A stretch of DNA of 64,000 nucleotides from Paramecium tetraurelia (Eukaryota): contig CT868207.1 of NCBI GenBank assembly GCA_000165425.1, forward strand, positions 744,001 to 808,000, written 5' to 3'. Below, in pieces: positions 12,581 through 25,934 of the stretch. Position 1 is the first letter of the stretch; every line of letters begins with the position of its first letter. Both the position numbers and the translations under genes were made by a program. The notes below the pieces were generated by a model. That model had not been told where the DNA came from, did not search any database, and saw nothing but the letters and a program-made list of their open reading frames with translations.

Positions 12581-13980
12581 AATAAAATATTAATAAATAA
12601 TAATGTTTATTAATAATAAAACGCCTAATACTATTACTTAATCGTAACCAGATTTACAAGAATATTAGGATTTCTTTAATCATGAGGATCCCCGTAGGAA
12701 TCGGAGTGTTACACTCTATGATAGACATAAAAAGGACAACTCAAATCATGATCAAAAACTCTAATTATCATCAAATTTATAGAATTTATCATTAACCAAA
12801 ACTACCTACAATAATTTAAAGACTATTTATCAATTTACAAAAAAGTATTACAGTTATTTTCTATTTTGAAGAACTCTAACATAAATTAATTAAAAATAAG
12901 AGATAACTCTTAGTTAAAATTTTGTCACTTCAATCAAAGAATCAAATTTATTTATGTATAATGTAGCCCAAAAAATTTCAACATTTATCAAAACTGATAA
13001 AATAGCTGTAGTACCACCTCACAAGATAATTGGGAATTGGATGTAATAATTGAAATCCAAATGCCTTAAAAAAAAATCCCCTTAAAATTCACAGTATCCC
13101 AATAACAATACTGGGTAAAGGGATGAAGATGATGATCTTATTATAATATGAATTTTGTTATATTCAAATCATTAGGCTTATTATTTTTACGATTACTATG
13201 AAAACAGATGATAATCTGAAGAAAGAGAATTAAATGAATTATTTAGGATTGCCTACAACTATTCATAATTTCCTTTAAAATTGTCAAAATCTGGTAAATA
13301 TTTTAAAAAAATATAACTAATTTTATACATTTTAATATTTTACTGTGTGTATTGAAATGCTAATATGTCTTTCTCTTCATTTTTAGATAAACTTACTTCT
13401 CCAAACATCTACCTTTTGTTAATAAAATACTTTCTTTTGCTTCACATAAATAGTAAGTCGATTTGCAATATTTTCATAGTTTTTTCTTAAAGTCGATTTA
13501 TCCGCTGATTATTTTAAACAATGCAAAGCATCTGAATAGGAGGACAAAAAGACTCGTAGATCGTATTCACTTTAATTCAAAAACATTTAATAAATAATAA
13601 ATAATAATAAACCATAATTATAAAATACTTCATTTTTTTGATATATTTATATTATTCAGATCATAAAGCTATCATGATGATTAATAGTTATCCCTGTCTG
13701 AAAAGATAGATGCTGAAATTTAGTGTATTTTCTCTGACTTATATCAATTTTTATTAATCATATTCATATATATTCTTAGACTATTATTATATATATATAT
13801 GTTTCTAAATCACAAAAACCTTAATATTTCTAATTATATCATTGAATGCAATCTGAAATTAATGAGATTTTCTATATTTTTGTATTCTAAAAATTTACAA
13901 GATGTGATTTTGTGGAGGAAATTCAATTATTTGTATCAAGAGAAAATCGAACATTTATTATTTTAATAAATTGCATAAAA

Positions 13981-14989
13981 ATGAAAAGCGAATATATTTT
14001 GTAAATTAAATTTGATAAGGCAAATAATACGTTTAAGCCTGGAGTATGATTTATTTTTGAAATAGGACTAAATTTCAGGAGGAGTTACTGTTTTATTTAC
14101 AGATCCAATAATGAAGAGACTTGAAATATAATAATTTATATGGAAATCAGAAGGGACTATAATATCTTAAAATAAAGAAACACACAAAGATTTAGAGAGG
14201 ATGTCAAGTCAGCTTCACCCAGTTCTATTACATCAATTAGATGGTCAATTGACAAAGGATAAATATATGTAGAATCCAATTAATTTATATAATATAGATT
14301 GTAAGAGAAAAATACTTTTCCATTCAAATATCAATTAACTCCATACCAAGACAGGAAGATCTTGGAAACCTACGTTGGTGTTTATATTGCAATACAATAT
14401 TCGATTGAGGCAGAATTAACTTTGTCAAATGGATTAAAAGTTACTTCAACAATTCCATACTTTGTATATGTACCTGGACAAGGGAATGACAGAATCAAAC
14501 CAACAGATAAATATCCACGAGTTGAGCATTTTTTGATAACACCTGATAAATTGCTAGGAAATTCAAGCACAATGAATAAATCATAAAATGCAAAATTTCG
14601 AATAAATGGGCTGATAGACACAACTATTTGTTTATTTTAAGAGGATTTCCACGGATCTTTAATAATCGAGGAATGTGATTCTGACATAAGAACTATTGAT
14701 TTATAGTTAATAAGAGTAGAGAAATTAGAAAATAACTTAGGCAAAATAAGTGAGGCCACAGAAATCTAGTTGATATAAATAATTGAAGGGAATGCAACAA
14801 GAGGATTAGAGATACCATTTCATATGATATTTCCAAAATTCTTTTCATGTCCAAATTTTCAATTTAGAGAATTTAGTGGTAAAGAGATGTTACATTAATT
14901 TAGTCGATTTTGAGGTGAATTTAGTTATGATTTTATTCGATGGATTCAAAGTGACATTAAACTTCCCAATAAACATTATTAGAAAATGA
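13981..14989 (+). CDS. VPS26C: VPS26C/DSCR3, retriever complex subunit
   Basis: LETYVGVYIAIQYSI, IRTIDLQLIRVE, EATEIQLIQIIEG, IPFHMIFPKFFSCP, DFEVNLV, NFPI. TGA 14987-14989. Confidence 0.92.
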
Positions 14990-15031
14990 TTATTTTATCA
15001 AATCATAATTATATATATATAAATAATTAAG

Positions 15032-15750
15032 ATGTCTAAAGCAGATGCCAAAAATCTGAAAGAGGAAATAAAAAAGTTGTATGACCCACTGTTATTTTAT
15101 TAACATGGAGATAATCCAGCTTATAAGAGATATATTGAAATAATGTAAGAAAATGCATAAGAGGGTAAACAAATAGATCCAAGAACATATTTTGTAAATA
15201 AATTACAGAGGTAATATTTGCTATTTATTGTATTCAGAATTCACGTGGCAAGAAACATTCAAGATTTCGTTGAGAGAGATCTGAAATGCTTCAATTTCAT
15301 TCGAATCTTCCCTGTTTGGATATGCACTACTGGATTCTTTTTATAAGGTATATATTGAATGTGAATATTAACAAGCTGCCTTAACTTAGAGATAAATGTT
15401 TTTGCCTATTGGATAAAGGGGTATAACAAGTATCAAATAAACTTCATTCTTTTACAAGTATGTGAATGTGAATCATTAATATTAGCTTTGGATATGTGGG
15501 TTTGGCAGGATATGGCCTGTATTTATTCGGAGCATCTTATCTATGGTGGTAGGTTACAAAAATGACTGCAGTTAAGTTTTATAAACACTGTTTACTTGGA
15601 GAAAGATAATGGTCATATGAGAGGGAGAGACAAAACAATACTTATGGCAACTACTATTTCAAGGATGTACCCTTGTCATGCGAAGAGAACTTCCCAGATT
15701 TAGCAAGAGGAGAAATAGCAAAGAAGCAAAGACCCAAGCCAGAGTGGTGA
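15032..15750 (+). CDS. Membrane protein of unknown function (2 TM-like segments), possibly a ciliate-specific mitochondrial complex subunit
   Basis: Clean spliced frame (3 introns), MSKADAKNLKEEIKKLYDP...GYVGLAGYGLYLFGASYLWW...KPEW*. The mitochondrial role is a guess. Confidence 0.75.
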
Positions 15751-15843
15751 TAAAAATACATTCATAATTATACAAAATATCTATTATAATGATTCTATTC
15801 TAAAAGAACAACAGACTTCAATTATTTCCAAGTCATAATTAAA

Positions 15844-15870
15844 TAATAATAATAATAATAATAATAATAA
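15844..15870 (+). repeat. (TAA)9 microsatellite
   Basis: Perfect trinucleotide run. Confidence 0.9.
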
Positions 15871-15884
15871 TTTTAGTTAAATTT

Positions 15885-16903
15885 ATGGATTTATTCGAAA
15901 TTTAACCAGAATCAGATCTACAGAAAACGTTTCATTAATAATTTCATAAAAGGGTTTCAATTTAGGATAATTAACACAATTACAAAATCTTTGGATTCAA
16001 TAAATGCTTTACAAAAAGTAAACTAATTGAAACTATAAGGATGTAAAAGTCTATTTAAGAATTTTGCAATACCATTTCAATAAACAGATCAATTTGATAA
16101 TTAATAGTTAATTTCTAGTTGCGAATGTTTAGACTGTGGTGGCAAGATGAATAAGAAAATTCTGGTTTGCAAAAAGGAGTTAATAGACCCACAATAATCT
16201 TACATTAAATCTAGATTACCAGCTTCACCTTAATTGTCAATATAGCCATAAAATGTTAGACCATCTAATCGAGATTTAAGTTTGATCGGGTCTTCAGCTC
16301 ATTTTAGTATCATTTTTATTAATTTTTATGTGATAAGCATTCTAAATAGACTATTTAAAAAAGTAATCGGGTATCCATTTTGCCAGTTATTCAATTGATA
16401 CAAGCACAAAATTTAATGAAAAAAATTAGTACAACTCACAAAATTGAAAAGGAGGCTAAATCTAAAATGAGCATATCAACTCACAGTCTATTTAATAAGG
16501 TTCAATAGAAGATGATTATTAATAAGGATAGTGATACTGATAAATTAAGATCTGTATTAGAAATAGATAATAATAAATAAAAAAAGGAAGAAACTCATAA
16601 ATAACACAAATAAACTCCAAATTATGGCTAATTTCGAATTAAAACTGAAAGTGCCAACTACTATTTTGCTTCAATTAAATAAAAGAAATCTCCAGTTAAT
16701 ATTCCTCATCTATGTTTGGATGAGAATAAAAAGAAAAGTCTAAGTATTTTAGAATCAAAAACACCAAGACTTTTATTGGCAAGAAGTGAAAAATATAATT
16801 AAAAACAACCTTTAACCTAAAGACTTATGTGTACATATCTAAAAAAAGAAAATACCAACTCTAAATTAATAAAAAGTAGTAACAAAACTTGAATATATTT
16901 TGA
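15885..16903 (+). CDS. Hypothetical low-complexity protein with a CECLDCGG motif
   Basis: Spliced code-6 frame. Alternative start at ATG 15789 via a 44-nt intron. Confidence 0.55.
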
Positions 16904-16957
16904 TATCTATATGGTTGAATAATAATATTGTGTTTAATATATATATTAATCTCTTCT

Positions 16958-18065
16958 TCATATCTTCTATAGTTCTTGGACACTGGGCACATAGAAATAA
17001 TTTCCATATGAGTTACTACAATAAAAAAGACATAATACATGGACATCTTCATTATTTGATCGTTGATTCCATCTCCTTTTCCTGTCATTCTATCGAGCAT
17101 AGTGTTAAAGTTAGTTAAATCTTTGGCATAAGCAATAAAGAGTAAGCCATGATCTCCTGTAACAGTACCAAATGGTTGAGACTATCTGACAATCAATAAT
17201 CTCTTATTATCCTCACTTCTTGTTCTAGTAACATGACTGTCAATAGGGAGGGGTCTCAACTCAAACGAGTTTGACTTCTTTCTTCCCACCATTTTCTCTT
17301 AATCTTCTTCAGTAACTTTGTCTAACCAATCTAATTTATGATGCCAAATTTGATGGATCATATAGCTGCCTCCTCTTTCGTTTACAGCAACTTTCTCTCT
17401 TTGTTGCTTAAGACTTGGGTTCATGGTGCCATCTAAAAATCCACTCATGTCCCTTCCATCCTAATATTTATATCCATATCTTTCAGATACTACACGATAA
17501 GATCCTTTTGGTAAACTTTTTACTACTTTCTAAAATGTGAATATCATATCTAGAATACCTATATAGTTTCAAATGCTAGGGATCTATTTTGAGCCTTAAC
17601 ATGTACAATCACATTTCCTTTACCATATGGCATTGATCCATAATCACCAGCTCTGGCTTCATAATCAGCTTAGGGAGTCCTTGTTAATTTTTCCCAAAAC
17701 TTGGTTTAAAATCCAACACCCACAGTGACAGGATCAAGTTCATCTAGTTAATATTAATGATTAATACCATCCTCATTGGATTTTTTCTGAATGAGTTTTG
17801 GTACTTCTTTTAGAGCATTTAAGGCTTCATGTTATAGATTAGCATCTCCTTCAATCAATTCTAAAACGAGTACACAACAGAATTCATTGACATCTGAGAC
17901 TACTGTGCTTTGGAACTCATCCAATCTTAGAGCTTATTTCCATGTAAGACCTGCGAATAGGGTTCCTAGAGCAACTGATTTAACAACATTAGGCTTAAAT
18001 TTATATAGTTAAGTGAATGGTAATCGTTTTAAAATGGTAGGAATTCCGAATCTTGCCAATCTCAT
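16958..18065 (-). CDS. DyP-type (dye-decolorizing) heme peroxidase, YfeX-like, with a presequence-like N-terminus
   Basis: VIVHVKA, GRDMSGFLDGTMNP (GxxDG), GGSYMIHQIWHH, VGRKK, SHV (proximal His), IVRQSQPFG (distal Arg), HGLLFIAY, MLDRMTG..DG..D, GNYFYVPS. Three introns. Confidence 0.93.
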
Positions 18066-18290
18066 TATAATTTAATTAACAATTTTTATGCAATAATATC
18101 TGATTTATTAATGACACATTTTAATTAATATTTTTGTGAAGTTTTCTCATTTTAGAAAAATGACAGATAGAATTCTTTTTTGTTGCATTTCTCATCTAAA
18201 TAACAGATAAGAGTTAAGTTTTTTAGTTATATTTTGTTGTATACAAAAATTAAGCTTGAATTGTGATAATTTTATATTTAAAGTTTATTA

Positions 18291-21200
18291 ATGTTATATA
18301 GGATTATTGAAAAGATATACAAACAAATTCCTTTGAAGTATTAGTAACGATTAAAGGATTTGGAATTAGAAAATCTACAAAATATGAGAGTAATCAATTT
18401 TAAATATATAGATCGAAATTACAAATGGTATTGTTTAAAAAACCTTTAATTATGAAGTTTTGACAAATCGAATTCAATTAATCTAAGTATTTCTTATTTT
18501 TAACTAGACATCAACAGTAATTAAGGAATTAATTCGAATTTTATTCAAATTAGAAACTCTTCCAATATATCCTTTAATATATTTGATTTTATTGCCAGAT
18601 AAGTTGAATTCAGAATTGTACATCATAATATATACAATACTTTGTCTAATTCTTGATTTATTAATCTCGTTTCTTTTGCTTTTTTATGTATTGAAAGAAA
18701 GATGGAAATTTGAGGAAACCATTAATAAATAAGAATGTCGAATACTATCTCCAATTGATCAATTGTTATAAACCTAAAACTAATAACCCTCATAAAAGAT
18801 AGAATGGCAAAAATTGAAAGTTGGACAAATTGTGTGTCTATTAAAAGGTGAAATGAGTCCTGCAAATATTTTAATATTGGAATCAAGTCAATAATAGGTC
18901 TTAGCTGATTATATCACCAAATATCCTTGTCCATGTACATTTGTCAATCAGGCATCTAAAACTAAAGGAATAATGACGAAATTCTTAATTAATCTAAGTG
19001 GCTGGATTCAATTTTCAACTTCTCATAGAGGTACAATAAAGTTAAAGAATGATCCTAAGGCTACTCAATTTACAGATGAAAATGTGATTTATAGAGGTTA
19101 AATATTAAATTAGACAGATTGGATTTTTGGAATTGCCATCTAAGTGGGACATGGTTGTTTTCAATAAAGAGATAGGTTTTATAATTGGAATCATTATAAT
19201 TAGAATAGCTTCTTTATATTTTTAATAACTCTCTTGATATTCATTATCCTCATAATTCCAAAATTAATTTATGTATCTAATTTTGATATTGCCTCATACT
19301 CTAATGCTATTATAATCTGTCTTTTACTTTTTCCATAAAACTATTTCCTTATCAATTAAGTTTGGCTTTTAATCCAATCAATATAAACAAGACTTTTTTA
19401 AAGTAAATAATCAAAAAATTTTACATCTAATATTTAATAGCAAGGATAAACCAAAACAGATCCCATCCTCTAAGAATATGAAAAAAAAGTACTTGTGCAA
19501 TTATAAAAAATTGCATCTGCTAATACCTCCCTTGCAAGTATTCCATAAGTTAAAAAAAACCCAAATAAAGATTTAATTTATCTATTTCATTAATTAAGTA
19601 ACCAGGCTATTTTTGAATTCATCAAAACTGATGTTGTTGTTTTTGAAAATCCATAGAAACTGTTGAAGAAAAATGTAAGAGTTTGCATGCTTTTCCATGA
19701 TAAATGTAAATATTACTTCAATTATGAGAAATTGTAAGCCATAATTGAAAAAACAACTCCAACATAAAAAATTAATTATGAAAAATTATTACTTGATACA
19801 AATAGATTTTCTGCTTATGATGAATAAAAAACTTAAGACATAGATCTATTATTAGCAGAAAAACAATAACCTACATTAAGAGTAATTGATGAGAAGAAAT
19901 CTTTTCAAAAAATTGGGTTCTTAAAAGATCAATCCAAAGCTAGCCAAGCATAAAAAGAGATGAAGGACTCCAAAGATTTAAAAAAATCAGGAGGAGATCA
20001 AAAGATTAATCCTTACAGTTCCTTCAGAAAACAAACTGCAAGGAATCTATTTTAATCTAATATTTAACCCTAGCAATAACAAAAGGAATAGCACTATTAA
20101 TAACAACCTGCTAACAATGGCAGCTTTATGTCATACTAAAATTCTCCTAAATTATAACGTTAGAAAAGCAACTCTCACATATCATAGGCTAATGTTTTAT
20201 CTAATCAGAAGTCTGTTACTGGATCTTTAAAGAACATTACTCCAACTCAATAGGATCAAAGCAGTGATTAGATTGTTGGGGACATATACAGTGAATAAGA
20301 TTTCATCAATAAACTCTTAAATAAATCAGATGTTGTATCAAATGAAATTCTGATTATGCTTTTATTATGCAATAATGTAGAAAGTGTGTATGACAAAGAA
20401 GAGAAAAAGATAGAAAATATATATAAAAATTCATTTGACAAATCAATCTTAGACTTTGTAAAAATATTTGATTATAAATTTATATCTAGTGCTGTTATAG
20501 ATAATTATAAGATCGAATATAAACAAGATAAGATTACCAAAAAAGCTATTTCTATTTAAGGAGTGATTAAGGTTTTTGATATCATCGCTACTCTTCATCC
20601 TACTGAAAATAGATCTGAAACTCTAACAATTTTAGTTAAAGATCCTGAATCTTTTGAATTAGAAGAAGGAGTGTTATTGTACACCAGAATAGTTGCTAAT
20701 GATTCAAATTCTAAAGATGAAAGATATCCATACATTAATGATATTATTGATGATATGTTTTGGGATGGTCAAAAATCCATTAAATATTATAAAAAACAAT
20801 TAGATTCCTAATAAACTGAATAGTTTTTAACTAAACTCAATTCAATTAATGAAACCTATGGTAACAGAGAATAAGAACTAGATTTATTATATTAGTAGAT
20901 TGAAAGTGAAAGCGAGTTGTTATTTATTATTGGTTTGAAATAATTCATCCCTCTTAAAAATTAATTAGTATCTTAAGAAATAACTAATAAATATCTAAAT
21001 CATGATAAATTGTTCAGGACTCTTTTAAAGTATAATTATAAATCATGTTTTTTAATGGATAAATATGAAGATTTAATTTCATTTTTGCGAACCTATCATG
21101 TTGCAGAAAAAAAGACAATTGAGCATTTTATTGAACCCAATACTATTCAGTTTAAATTTAGGTAGTTTATATAAAATATTGTTGAAAAATAGAATATCTT

Positions 21201-24200
21201 TGAGGTTTATTAGTAGAAAATAGTGGATAACTTTTTAATTATAAATGATCAAACTTTGGAAGCAATTGTCAAAGATGATTATTTAAAGTATCACTTTGTT
21301 GTTCTTTTTTATTTTTCATCTGGAGTTGGAGCATATGGACTAGATGAAAAACAAAAGGGGAAATTCTTAAAGTTATTATAAATAACAGAAAGATATATCA
21401 CTTCTATTGGCTCTGCATTAGACAATTAATACTTCTTCTACAAATCTAACTACTCGTTTAATGTTTTACAATAGGATCCATAATGTACCTTATCAAATCC
21501 GAATTTCTTGATATAAAAAGTTGATCAATTGTTTAAGTTACTCTTTTATTATTGCCCAGCAACCTATCTAAATTATGAATCCATCATTTTAATCTAAATA
21601 TACAGGAGTTTTCTTTTCGGATTTACTTCTTACATTATAGATTACTAAAATAATTTCGGTGCTTTAGATGAATTGATATTATTTTATTTAATTCCAAGCA
21701 ATATCGTAACTTGTTTACTGAATTATGAAACTTTTATTACTCAAAGAAAATTTGATAATAATAATTTTGAAATATATAGAAAAACATTAGAATTAATTAA
21801 ATAATAGAATATTTACATCAAAATACTAAAGATAATCTTTGTGGCATTATTAGATTCAATTTTAGTTGAAATATGTTTTAATATATTTGACACAGATTAA
21901 ACATAAGAAATTCAAAATTATTCGGTCTTCATTTACTTAATAATAGAGATCGTTGAAAAATAGAAATATCTTATATCATTTTTTAATTCTTCATATGAGA
22001 ATGTTAAAATGTTAAAATTGATTTTTTCATTCATCATTTTGATATTTCTATTAATATTGGTATATGCATTAATAACCATAGACATTTTATATCAATTCTC
22101 ATATTTGAATTTTACATACTGGATTTTTGGATTGATTTTCTCGGTAGTAATTTCCTTCATCTTTTAAGAAGTATTAATATTGACTGAATTTAATCTATCT
22201 TGCCCTTATGACATAAGTTTTCATTCTGAATATTAAGTAGAAATAGAGAAGATTAACTCAGCATTAAGATATTTGGATGTTAATGTCAGTAATCGAAATT
22301 AACCAAAGAAATTCATAGAGAGGTTATTTTAAGGTAAGGACTTTATGGATGATTTATTGGTAAAAAAGATAAAAGGAGATTAATAAATGACTGATTAGAT
22401 GGAGAAAGACTTAAAATTTACAGACAAGAGAACTGAAAAGGATTTTTAAAACTCTTTAAAGCCTTAAAAGTACTATATCTATTTAATCTATGAAATTGCC
22501 ATTTTTGGAATACGACTTTATTAATAAATAAACAATCTCAACATTTCATATTTAGTAATTTCTATCATCTAATTTGTATCAATGACTTTGATTCCCTTAG
22601 TAAAAGTATCAAAATATTAACCAATCTTTCTATTGTGTTTGAGATTTATATTCTTTGTTATTTTACATGGTTTGATGGATACAAAATTAATAGAAACATA
22701 GATGTTTATAATCGGTTTTTCTTTGAGTCATCATCCATTGTTGGGCATCTATGGATATTACTGTGTTTGCACAATAGCATTAATTTTAGATATAGTGATG
22801 GTAGGAGTATTTAATGAAGGGAATCCTTTTTATATTTTGAATCATGGGTTAATAATCATAGAAATGTGTCTACCTCTGGCATTTTAGATATACAAAACCG
22901 AATTTCTGTAGAGATACCAATATATCTTATAAAACAAGCTTTTAGATGAATATAAGAAGTTGAATGATGCTTTGGGATTGTTGATGCCAAGATTCATAAA
23001 GGAAAGGATGTCAAAAGGGTAAATATAGATATCAGAAGATTAAGGAGATGTTGCAATATTATTTTGTGATATTTATGAATTTGATGATATAATTAAGAAC
23101 GAATAAATCAGAGTTGTGGATTTCTTGGATAATTTATATCGTTAATTTGACTAATTTTGTTAAGCAAATGAATTATAAAAGATAGAAACAGTTGGTAAAA
23201 CATATATGGCTGCAGGGGGATTAAAAGATTACAATATATCTGATAATCTTAATCCTACAGAGAGAATCTTGGATACTGCTATGCAAATGTAGGAAAGTGT
23301 GAAAACTATGAAATATGGAGATAATAAAGCAGTCATATTAAAAATAGGAATCCATTATGGGAGAGTCATAGCTGGTGTGATTGGTGCTCATAAACCTTAA
23401 TTTTCACTTATAGGAGATACTGTAAACACTACTAGTCGAGTGTGTTCTACATCAGAACCTGGAATCATTACTCTTAGTTAACAAGCATACGAAAAGGTGA
23501 ATAATTAGAAAAATCAATTCAAATTAAGAGAAGTTGAAGCCAAAGGTAAAGGAACTATAAATACCTATCAATTAGTTAAAACAAGTAAGAAAAAGTAATA
23601 AACAACTATTAAGATGGCAGATGATGTAGCCAAATCACCAAACTGTCATACTCCAAACCAAATGTTTAAAAAGATCTAAGAAAATCTGTATACTAAAAAA
23701 AAAACTATGTTAAAAAAGGTGTCTTTTAGTGAGGAAAGACAAGATTTTGGCAATCCTTTAACAATTCAAAATACAATTGCTAATGGGAAATTGACTACGA
23801 ATTTGGCTCCTTTAGCTGTATAACCTCTAATTAGAGCTAGCTCAAGATCGATCTTTAATTCATCTTATTAAATGGGTCTTAATCTCAATAATGAATAAGA
23901 ATAAGAAATTAATAATCTAAATGTCATGAATAACAATAATATTCTCAATAATACAGTTAATAATACTCTAAAAGATGACAGAGACAAAATTAAAGTAGAA
24001 CCAACCAATATTAATAATATTTAAGGAGATGGATTAAAATCAAGCATTCCTTTAGGAGGTTATGGAGCCTCAGGAGCATACAGCAAAAGAGTGTCTAATT
24101 TGGCTATGGAATTACATCCTATGAAATCAAGAAAATCTGTTTATAAGAGGGCAGGAACTAAAACAAACATAGGGGAAGACCCAATATTGAATATGCCTAT

Positions 24201-25771
24201 TGGGGGATAAAAAATGGCTGAAAGTGTCAGAGTGGATTTATACAATATTAAAAGGAAAAAAACTAGAGTTATCGCAGAGAATAAGTTGGATTTTATTGAA
24301 AAACATGATTCTCAGTCTGCCAACAGATCTCCAAAAGACTAAAGAAATACACAAAATATGGATGAATTGGAAATTAGAAAACTGATCAAAATAGAGCAAA
24401 GTTGTTATTAAAATTAGTATGATATAAAGAATATGGAAGAATAGGTGGAAATAGAAAAATATGGTATTTAAGAGTCTGACTATTAAAGTGAGAATCATCA
24501 TCTCTATTTTACTATATATGATCAATATAGAGATTATGATAGAAAATAGGTTTAATGGTTCATAATCTTTATAGTTATTTTGTTAATAATAAAAAATCTA
24601 TTTTATTTTCTATTGAAAAGCATAAATATAGAATTACAGATACTCTTTATATGCTAATCAGTTATTTGTTTGTTATTGACTATTGCAATATATCATATTA
24701 ATAGAGGTATCATTTTGAAATGGCTAATTGTGTTATATTTTTTAATATTTTCAATTATTGATATCTTGATAATAGATGTACATAGCAGCGATATGGAATT
24801 AATATTTTAGGTAAGTCAAATTACATCAGTGTATTTAAATTTATTCTATTTGTAAATTTATAATTAGTAAGACAGGATTAAATTATCCACCTTATATATC
24901 TTATTAATCTTGATAAACTTAATATATAATGAAAATATTCTGGAAATCATATTTTATTCAGTAAGTGTATTCCTCTCAAGTATTATGATCTAACACAAAG
25001 AATTAAAGACATTAGTTGAAAATTATCAATGTTTCTCTTAATTTGAATCTAAGAATGCTAAGTAAACCTAAATTTTATAATACCTATTGCCTTAGCACAT
25101 AATAGGAAGATTTTTTTCAACGGATGCAAATACTTCTGATAATTTTATTGATGTCTTTGAAAATTGTACAATCCTCTTTGCTGATATTGCAGGTTTTACA
25201 AAATATTCAGGTTCAGTAGAACCAGAATAAGTAGTTAATATGTTAAGAATCTTGTTTTAATAATTCGATGAAGAATGCCAAAGATTTCAAGTATATAAAC
25301 TATACACAATTGGTGACTGTTATGTTTGCATGGGCATAATTGATGCTAACAATAGAGATCCAGTTGGAGAGGTAAATTTATATGGGTATCTTATGATAGG
25401 CAATAAATGTGGTATTGTTTGGGTTGAAGATGATTTAGATAATACAGCAGATTAATAAGGATCCTCAATATCAACATTTAAATATGAGAATTGGAGCTCA
25501 TACTGGCAGAGTGATTGGTGGAGTTGTAGGAACTGATGTGGTTAGGTATGACATTTATGGAGAGGATGTTACAATAGCCAATAAGATGGAGTCGAAGGGT
25601 CAGGAAGGGAAAATCATGGTAAGTCAGGCTACCAAAGATATAATTGAGAGCGATGATGAATGCGTTGGGATCTTTGACTTTGAATTCGCTTAAGATGTGT
25701 TCTTGCCTTAGAATAATACAACAATATCAGCCTATTTTGTGCATTTTGATTAAAATAGTGATGAACAATGA
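18291..25771 (+). CDS. Alveolate-type bifunctional guanylyl cyclase: degenerate P4-ATPase-like N-terminal half plus two TM blocks and two class III cyclase domains
   Basis: ENVIYRGQILNQTDWIFGIAIQVGH (P4-ATPase-like). C1: VAILFCDI, KIETVGKTYMAAGG, KPQFSLIGDTVNTTSR. C2: ILFADIAGFT, KLYTIGDCY, MRIGAHTG, RYDIYGEDVTIANKMES. TGA 25769-25771. Confidence 0.93.
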
Positions 25772-25934
25772 TTTATAACCGAATTTGACTTATTATATAT
25801 GAGATTATATATCATAATTGATTTAATGTAGATCATAAAAATAGTAAATTCAGAAATCAAAGATTTTGTTATCACACAATAAAGAAGTTATTGTGTGATT
25901 AATATTTAAAAATAAAAATATCATTTTTAAAATA

